Below, piece by piece: positions 48,860 through 54,241 of a stretch of 54,241 nt of DNA (its first letter is position 1; each line of letters starts with the position of its first letter). The notes below the pieces were generated by a model. It was not told the origin of the DNA. It did no database searches and saw only the letters and a list, made by a program, of their open reading frames with translations. The stretch lies in the IMG/VR virus record IMGVR_UViG_3300021961_000134, positions 1-54,241 of that record; one strand, 5' to 3'. Source of the stretch: a virus (Duplodnaviria; Caudoviricetes). The position numbers and the translations under genes were made by a program.

Positions 48860-49434
48860 TGGCAAGTTATCTTTTTACGGACTTGTTAGCAAGAGCTCCA
48901 TCAGAAATCCAAAAGAATGTAGTCGATGCTAGAGATTGGATCACAGACAATGTAAAAACTGTTACGAATAACAGAATATTAAAAGGTGATCCAGATAGAT
49001 TAACTTCTCGTTTAGATTATGGTAAAATGTATATGTTCATATATGATGCTAAATTTAAAGACAAACTACCTTATTGGGATAGATTCCCTTTAATATTTCC
49101 ATTAGATGGTGACAGTAATAGTTTCTATGGTCTCAACATGCATTACTTACCTCATCTAGCTAGAGCTAAGTTAATGGACGCTTTATGGCCTTACATAGAT
49201 GATGAAAAGCTAGGCAAGAAAGCTAAACTAAACATAACGTATGAGATAATCAAAAAAACCTCTAGAATGAAAATGTTTAAGCCTTGTATCAAAAGATATC
49301 TAAATACTAATGTTAAATCTAGGTTTGTGACCATATATCCTCAAGAGTGGAATTTAGCTTTGTTCTTGCCAACCGAAAGATTTATGAAACAAGATATTAA
49401 AAAGGTTTTCAAAGATTCGGTGGATATGTATTAA
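48859..49434 (+). CDS. gp2: DNA end protector protein gp2
   Basis: GKMYMFIYDAKFKDKLPYWDRFPLIF, FYGLNMHYLP and PCIKRYL. Confidence 0.93.
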   Translation: MASYLFTDLLARAPSEIQKNVVDARDWITDNVKTVTNNRILKGDPDRLTSRLDYGKMYMFIYDAKFKDKLPYWDRFPLIFPLDGDSNSFYGLNMHYLPHLARAKLMDALWPYIDDEKLGKKAKLNITYEIIKKTSRMKMFKPCIKRYLNTNVKSRFVTIYPQEWNLALFLPTERFMKQDIKKVFKDSVDMY

Positions 49435-50252
49435 TGGCAATAACTGACGTAGTCAATAAAATAAATTTAGGAGTTGGTATAGCTGGATCAGCTGTAAACG
49501 CCATCAACAGCTTAACAGGTGCTGGTAGAAATGGCGGATCTTCTAGATTCAATGTACAGGCTATGGCTTCCGAATTAACTCAAAGAAATGGTTTATATAA
49601 ACCTAATCTATTCTTAGTTAACGTAAATGCACCTAATTGGGCTAGTAGTTCTTCAACTTCAAGATTATCGTTTATATGTCATTCTGCCTCTTTGCCAGGT
49701 AAACAAATAACAATAGCTGACGACGTAAGATTAGGTTATGGTACGATAGATAGAAAAGTAACCGGTATGGTCAATCCTGATGTACCTTTAACTTTCTTTG
49801 TAGCAAACGATGGTGAGCCTTTAACATTCTTTAATGAATGGTTAGACAACATATTGTATTCTGATGCTTCAAAGGGATCTGATGGAGTAAGTCCATCTGG
49901 TGTTCCAGTAATGAAAATTCGTTACAAGAGTGAATACGAAACTACAATTGAAATAAAACTCTATGATGCAGCATCAAAAGAAATATTAACATATACATTA
50001 TACGAAGCATTTCCGACACAGGTATCAGACATTACTACTGAATGGGCAATGACTGATCAATTTGCATCTGTAACTATTAACTTTTCATATAGGTATTATA
50101 CATTAAGTAAGGCTTCTGCTCCTTCTGTAAACGGTGTTACCTCTGCTTCTGGTATTATGACGGGATTAAAGAATGGATTGGGAGTAATAAATAGACTTGC
50201 TACTAGTAGCACAGCTAGAAGGGCAATAGACCTTTTAAATATTGTAAGATAA
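49434..50252 (+). CDS. Tail tube-like protein (gp19/gp54 family)
   Basis: KPNLFLVNV, ICHSASLPG and LYEAFPTQVSDITTEW...VTINFSYRYY. Confidence 0.75.
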   Translation: MAITDVVNKINLGVGIAGSAVNAINSLTGAGRNGGSSRFNVQAMASELTQRNGLYKPNLFLVNVNAPNWASSSSTSRLSFICHSASLPGKQITIADDVRLGYGTIDRKVTGMVNPDVPLTFFVANDGEPLTFFNEWLDNILYSDASKGSDGVSPSGVPVMKIRYKSEYETTIEIKLYDAASKEILTYTLYEAFPTQVSDITTEWAMTDQFASVTINFSYRYYTLSKASAPSVNGVTSASGIMTGLKNGLGVINRLATSSTARRAIDLLNIVR

Positions 50253-50267
50253 TGATTGGAGTTTGGA

Positions 50268-50969
50268 ATGGCATTACCGATTATTCAACACCCTATTTTT
50301 ACCCTCAAATTACCATCTTCAGGACAGACAGTTAAGTATAGACCTTTTCTTGTAAAAGAAGAGAAGATTCTTTTACTTGCTCAGACTGCTGGTACACCAA
50401 ATGATTTTATCAGAGCAGTCGTTCAGGTTATAGCTAACTGCGTACTTGATGATATTGATACCGAACAATTCACAAGTTTTGATACTGAATATTTCTTTCT
50501 TAAACTAAGAGCAGCTAGCATATCTAATGAACAAAATATTAGATATTGGGATAATGACTTAGAAGATTATACAGACGTTACAATAGACTTTGATAATCTA
50601 GAAGTAACAAAGTCAGATAAAAGTAATATAATTGATATTAATGAAACTGTAAAGCTAGAATTGAGATATCCACGTTACAACGATCTTCTCGAAATGGCAG
50701 ATGACACTACTGTAGAAAATTCTACTGAAGTTCTTTCAAGTTGTATCAAAACAATATATGATGGTGAAGAACCTATTGATCCTAAAGATAGTAGCACAGA
50801 AGAATTGAATACTTTTATTGATTCTATTCCCTCTTCAGCTTTTAAAGTAATCCAAGAATACTTTGCTGATATGCCTAAGATTACTATGAAGCAACAATAT
50901 GAAGTAAAGGTAAACAATAAAAAGAAAAAGAAAACAGCTATTCTTACAGGAATTAATGATTTTTTTTGA
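50268..50969 (+). CDS. gp26: Baseplate hub assembly protein gp26
   Basis: MALPII.HP.F.LKLPSSG..VKYRPFLVKEEKILL, FDTEYFFLKLRA, LRYP and terminal GINDFF. Confidence 0.9.
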   Translation: MALPIIQHPIFTLKLPSSGQTVKYRPFLVKEEKILLLAQTAGTPNDFIRAVVQVIANCVLDDIDTEQFTSFDTEYFFLKLRAASISNEQNIRYWDNDLEDYTDVTIDFDNLEVTKSDKSNIIDINETVKLELRYPRYNDLLEMADDTTVENSTEVLSSCIKTIYDGEEPIDPKDSSTEELNTFIDSIPSSAFKVIQEYFADMPKITMKQQYEVKVNNKKKKKTAILTGINDFF

Positions 50970-51142
50970 TAGCGCTGGCTCATACGAGCCTATCTAATTA
51001 CTATAATACAGTTTTTAGTATGGTCCAGCATCATAAATACTCTATAGAAGAAATTGAAAACTTATATCCATTTGAACGTGATCTTTATTTTGAATTGTTA
51101 ATACAGCACTTACAAGAGCTGCAAGAAAGGGAACGTTTTTAA
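50966..51142 (+). CDS. gp51: gp51-like baseplate hub assembly ORF (probably expressed as a -1 frameshift fusion to gp26)
   Basis: Not in the ORF track: LIALAHTSLSNYYNTVFSMVQHHKYSIEEIENLYPFERDLYFELLIQHLQELQERERF. QHHKYS..EIEN..P.ER..Y is the cyanophage-type gp51 motif. It is in the -1 frame relative to gp26. Confidence 0.8.
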   Translation: MIALAHTSLSNYYNTVFSMVQHHKYSIEEIENLYPFERDLYFELLIQHLQELQERERF

Positions 51143-51489
51143 TGGCAGAAGAAGAAATTAAAACTATAGATGCATCAGCAGTTGCAGGAGCAGACGCTAA
51201 TGGTGATGGACATATTTCTAAAGAAGAATGGGAAATGCATCTTGAGTTCAAAAGAAGAGAACTAGAAGACCAAGACGCTCAAAGAGATGCAATGAGAAAG
51301 ATGACATGGTTTGCTTTGTTTGGTATGTTACTATACCCAGCTACCATTCTTGCAACATCTGTCCTAGGTGCTGATAATGCTGCACAAATTATTGGCGATA
51401 TTGCACCGACATACTTTGTTGCTATTGCTGCATTGGTTGCAGCTTTCTTTGGTGCTGATGCAGTAAAAGAAGGTAAAAAGAAGAAGTAA
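51142..51489 (+). CDS. EF-hand-containing small membrane protein
   Basis: Canonical EF-hand loop DANGDGHISKEE, two hydrophobic helices and a basic C-terminus KEGKKKK. Confidence 0.75.
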   Translation: MAEEEIKTIDASAVAGADANGDGHISKEEWEMHLEFKRRELEDQDAQRDAMRKMTWFALFGMLLYPATILATSVLGADNAAQIIGDIAPTYFVAIAALVAAFFGADAVKEGKKKK

Positions 51490-51492
51490 TAA

Positions 51493-53619
51493 ATGGCTAA
51501 ACCTAACCCAGTCAATAAAGGCGCCAGTCTTTCAACTGTAAACCGTACTATGCTAGATGTTAAGGGTCTACAAAAACAAACCCTTAAGGAAATTGCAGGT
51601 TTACGTAAAGACAATAAACAATCTTTAGGTGTAATGAAGTCTACACTTAAAGAGATAATGGGTATTCGTAAAGATAATAAAAAACCTTTAAAAGATCAAT
51701 CCAAAGCACCAGGCTTGTCAAAGAAGCCTGGTCCGGGTGGTTTCTTTGGCGATAAAAAAGACGACGGAGGCGGTTTAGGTCTTTTAGGCGGGTTAGGATT
51801 AGCTGGTCTTTTGGGTGCAGGATTCCCAGAAGAAATGAACGCATTTACAAAGGGTCTTATTAACGGGTTAGTTGGAAAAGATTCTGGTGTTGCCACCGCG
51901 TTTAATTGGTTAAAGAAAAACCTAGGTGAAACAGCTTTAGCAATAGGTACAATAGCAGCACCGTTTCTAGCATTTAAATTAGGTCTTAGTGGAATAACAG
52001 CTGCTTTAAAAGGAGCTGTCGAAGGTATTTTATCTGTACCAGGATTAATTGGTGATAAATTAAGAAAGTGGTTTGTAACATCTGGAGCTAAACCTGATGT
52101 TGATGTAGACAAAAATAAAAAACCTGGCGCAGACACGGATAAAAATAAAAAACCTACAGCTGCCAATGACAATAAAGCAGGAAAAACTACAACCACTGGT
52201 GATGCCAAACCTAAAGGACAATCAGTAGTTGGTCAAGATGCTAAAGGCAGAGATCTTGTAGATGCAGGTAAAACTAAAACAGGTAAACCACAAGTTAGAG
52301 TAGCTCCTGGCCAACCAGGTGCTGGAGAATTCTCTAAAGTAGATCCTACACGTAAGGTACCTACAGGCACAACAGCAGCAGAACCTCCTAAAGCTGGTGC
52401 ACCTAAAGCTAATGTGCCTACTGCAGCTAATGCTAATGCACCTGCAGCAGCGAAACCGTCTGCAGCTCCTTCAGCTCCAAAAGGCAGTGCCCCAACTGCA
52501 GCTAAACCTTCAACTATTAATCCAGCAAAACCAGTTGGATTACCAAATGCACAAACGTCAGGTAAAAAAGCAAACAAATCAGTTCTTAAAATGCTTTCTA
52601 AATTAAAATACCTCAAAGGTCTTCCAGGTGTAGGCATTGCTTTTGGTGGAGTTTTTCTTGCTGTTCAAGCATATGAAATGAGTGACTTACCTCCGGAACA
52701 ATTGAAAGCAGAGATTGTAAAAGCAATAGGCGGTGCTTTAGGAGGTGCTGCTGGAGCAATGATAGGAGCTTTTTTAGGAACACTGGTATTTCCAGTAGTT
52801 GGTACAATAGCAGGAGGTTTATTAGGAGGTTTAATTGGTTCTCTTGGCGGAGATGTTTTAGCTGAAAAACTTTATGATTGGTTAATGAATGATAAAGATA
52901 TTAGTAAGGATCCAGCAATTGTAAAAGCTGCTGAAAAAGCTGCTAATGATAATCCAGAAGCAGCAGCTCAGATAAAGGCATCAACTTCTGCAACTCCTCC
53001 TCCACCTACTCCTCCAAAACCTCCTGCAGGTGCTAAACCAATAATGACAGGCGGATATGGGGATTTAGATGCTTCTGCTGCTACTCCAGATATGCCTAAA
53101 CCTGCTGCAAATGATAATGCTAAAAAACCATCCCCACCAAAACCAGCTGATGTTCAACCTAAAAAACCTGTTGGAATGGAAAAGCCTCAAGGACCTTTAG
53201 GAGAAGGATATGTTGACTCATCATACTTTGGTGGATCAGTAAAAGAGGGCGTTGTAGGATTAATGTCTAAGATGAGCCATCTGTATAGACAGATGGGTGT
53301 TGATCCTAAACAAATTATGGATTTGGCAAATCAAGGAAAATTTGAGCAAGATGGCATCACAGCTGAGGATGCTAAAATTGTTCAAGATATGATGAAGAGT
53401 GGAGATTGGAAAGTTGGGGATCAAATAAGCAAAGCAACATTTGTAAATCAAAGAGCCAACCAAGGTCCTGCTGTTACTCCTCCTGTCATTATAAACAATG
53501 ATGGGGGCGGAGGACAAGCTAGTGCCCCACCACCCCCATCTGGCGGAGGTTCTACCACAGTAGTAAATCTAAGTAATAGAAGTTCCACTTATGGTAGAAA
53601 GTTCGCTGTAGGACAATAA
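51493..53619 (+). CDS. Probable tape measure / baseplate hub gp29-like protein
   Basis: Follows gp26/gp51; Ala/Gly/Pro/Lys-rich with a glycine-zipper hydrophobic segment (GGAAGAMIGAFLG...GGLLGGLIGSLGG) and a C-terminal PPVIINN. Confidence 0.6.
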   Translation: MAKPNPVNKGASLSTVNRTMLDVKGLQKQTLKEIAGLRKDNKQSLGVMKSTLKEIMGIRKDNKKPLKDQSKAPGLSKKPGPGGFFGDKKDDGGGLGLLGGLGLAGLLGAGFPEEMNAFTKGLINGLVGKDSGVATAFNWLKKNLGETALAIGTIAAPFLAFKLGLSGITAALKGAVEGILSVPGLIGDKLRKWFVTSGAKPDVDVDKNKKPGADTDKNKKPTAANDNKAGKTTTTGDAKPKGQSVVGQDAKGRDLVDAGKTKTGKPQVRVAPGQPGAGEFSKVDPTRKVPTGTTAAEPPKAGAPKANVPTAANANAPAAAKPSAAPSAPKGSAPTAAKPSTINPAKPVGLPNAQTSGKKANKSVLKMLSKLKYLKGLPGVGIAFGGVFLAVQAYEMSDLPPEQLKAEIVKAIGGALGGAAGAMIGAFLGTLVFPVVGTIAGGLLGGLIGSLGGDVLAEKLYDWLMNDKDISKDPAIVKAAEKAANDNPEAAAQIKASTSATPPPPTPPKPPAGAKPIMTGGYGDLDASAATPDMPKPAANDNAKKPSPPKPADVQPKKPVGMEKPQGPLGEGYVDSSYFGGSVKEGVVGLMSKMSHLYRQMGVDPKQIMDLANQGKFEQDGITAEDAKIVQDMMKSGDWKVGDQISKATFVNQRANQGPAVTPPVIINNDGGGGQASAPPPPSGGGSTTVVNLSNRSSTYGRKFAVGQ

Positions 53620-54241
53620 TCAGTCTTCTTCAGCTAACTTCTGAAAGAAAGCCAATCCATCATCCTCTTCATCGTCCTGCCATGGTGCAGATGCTTTCTG
53701 CTGGACAGGTGCTGCACGCTCCTTTTGTACTGGTGGAGCTGCTTCTGAGACCTCTTCTGCAGTCATTGTATTTGCAGTAGGTCCTCCATCAAGAGCCAGA
53801 GCTTTATATAGCTTGGCCTTTAGTTCATCATAAGACCTGAACTGTGATGGATCGATAAGAGCACTAAGTGATTTCTCCTTGTTCCAAATATCTTCGAGAG
53901 CATCATCCTCGAGATCACCTAATACTGATGGTGAATCGAACTCGGACTTATCGTAGTTACGATACCCTTCTACGTTACGAATCTTCAGACGGAAGTCAGC
54001 ACCTTCCCATAGATCAAATGGGTTGACTGGTGACTCATCATCGAACTCAGGTACCATCTGGTCATTAATCTTATCAAAGATCTTCTTACCAAACTTATAC
54101 AGGAATACCTGTCCTTCGTTCTGAGGATTAGCTGGATCCTTAACAACATAGATGTTAGAGATATAAGAAAGTCGACGTTTAGTCTTCGTACGAACAAATG
54201 TTTTATCTTGTTCTGTACCTTGGTTCCAGAGCATAGAATTG
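53620..54241 (-). CDS. gp32: Single-stranded DNA-binding protein gp32 (5' end outside the window)
   Basis: KRRLSYISNIYVVKDPANPQNEGQVFLYKFGKKIFDKI, NPFDLWEGADFRLKIR.VEGYRNYDKSEF and acidic tail FFQKLAEED. Confidence 0.96.
   Translation of the reverse strand, partial: NSMLWNQGTEQDKTFVRTKTKRRLSYISNIYVVKDPANPQNEGQVFLYKFGKKIFDKINDQMVPEFDDESPVNPFDLWEGADFRLKIRNVEGYRNYDKSEFDSPSVLGDLEDDALEDIWNKEKSLSALIDPSQFRSYDELKAKLYKALALDGGPTANTMTAEEVSEAAPPVQKERAAPVQQKASAPWQDDEEDDGLAFFQKLAEED

Noticed and set aside
30944-53517. Antisense ORFs over baseplate and tape measure genes (e.g. 34751..35137, 51696..52208, 52233..52637)
   Set aside because: They are shadow frames of well-supported genes, with no independent coding evidence.

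Overview
A 54 kb AT-rich fragment of a T4-like (Tevenvirinae/Kyanoviridae-type) myovirus genome, covering the virion morphogenesis region. Recognisable core genes are neck gp14 (partial) and gp13; baseplate gp8, gp7, gp6, gp25, gp5, a gp27-like hub, gp53 and gp48; and gp4, gp2, a gp19/gp54-like tube gene, gp26, a gp51-like ORF, a probable tape measure and gp32 (partial). Between gp8 and gp13, where T4 has gp9-gp12/wac, lies an accessory block. It holds a DUF4815/VrlC-like structural protein, small fibre and chaperone genes, and two giant proteins (3243 and 2965 aa) with an aromatic residue, mostly Tyr, at every fourth position. Beside them is a cluster of four glycosyltransferase-like genes, a radical SAM enzyme, two 2OG-Fe(II)/cupin-like oxygenases and a methyltransferase; its rightward arm follows a palindromic bidirectional T4 late promoter. 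The 2965-aa protein is mirror-organised around a central YYGNIYY-x-G-[YF]-L-x-PNY motif, consistent with a fold-back fibre. The 3243-aa protein has five copies of that motif and a T-even gp38-like adhesin split by a ~1000-aa Tyr-repeat insertion. The best candidate for an undescribed system is giant Tyr-periodic fold-back virion fibres with a dedicated late post-translational modification cassette. Other signals include a three-hairpin RNA element after the giant gene and a probable -1 frameshift joining gp26 to gp51. All family assignments come from motif recognition by eye; no searches were run.
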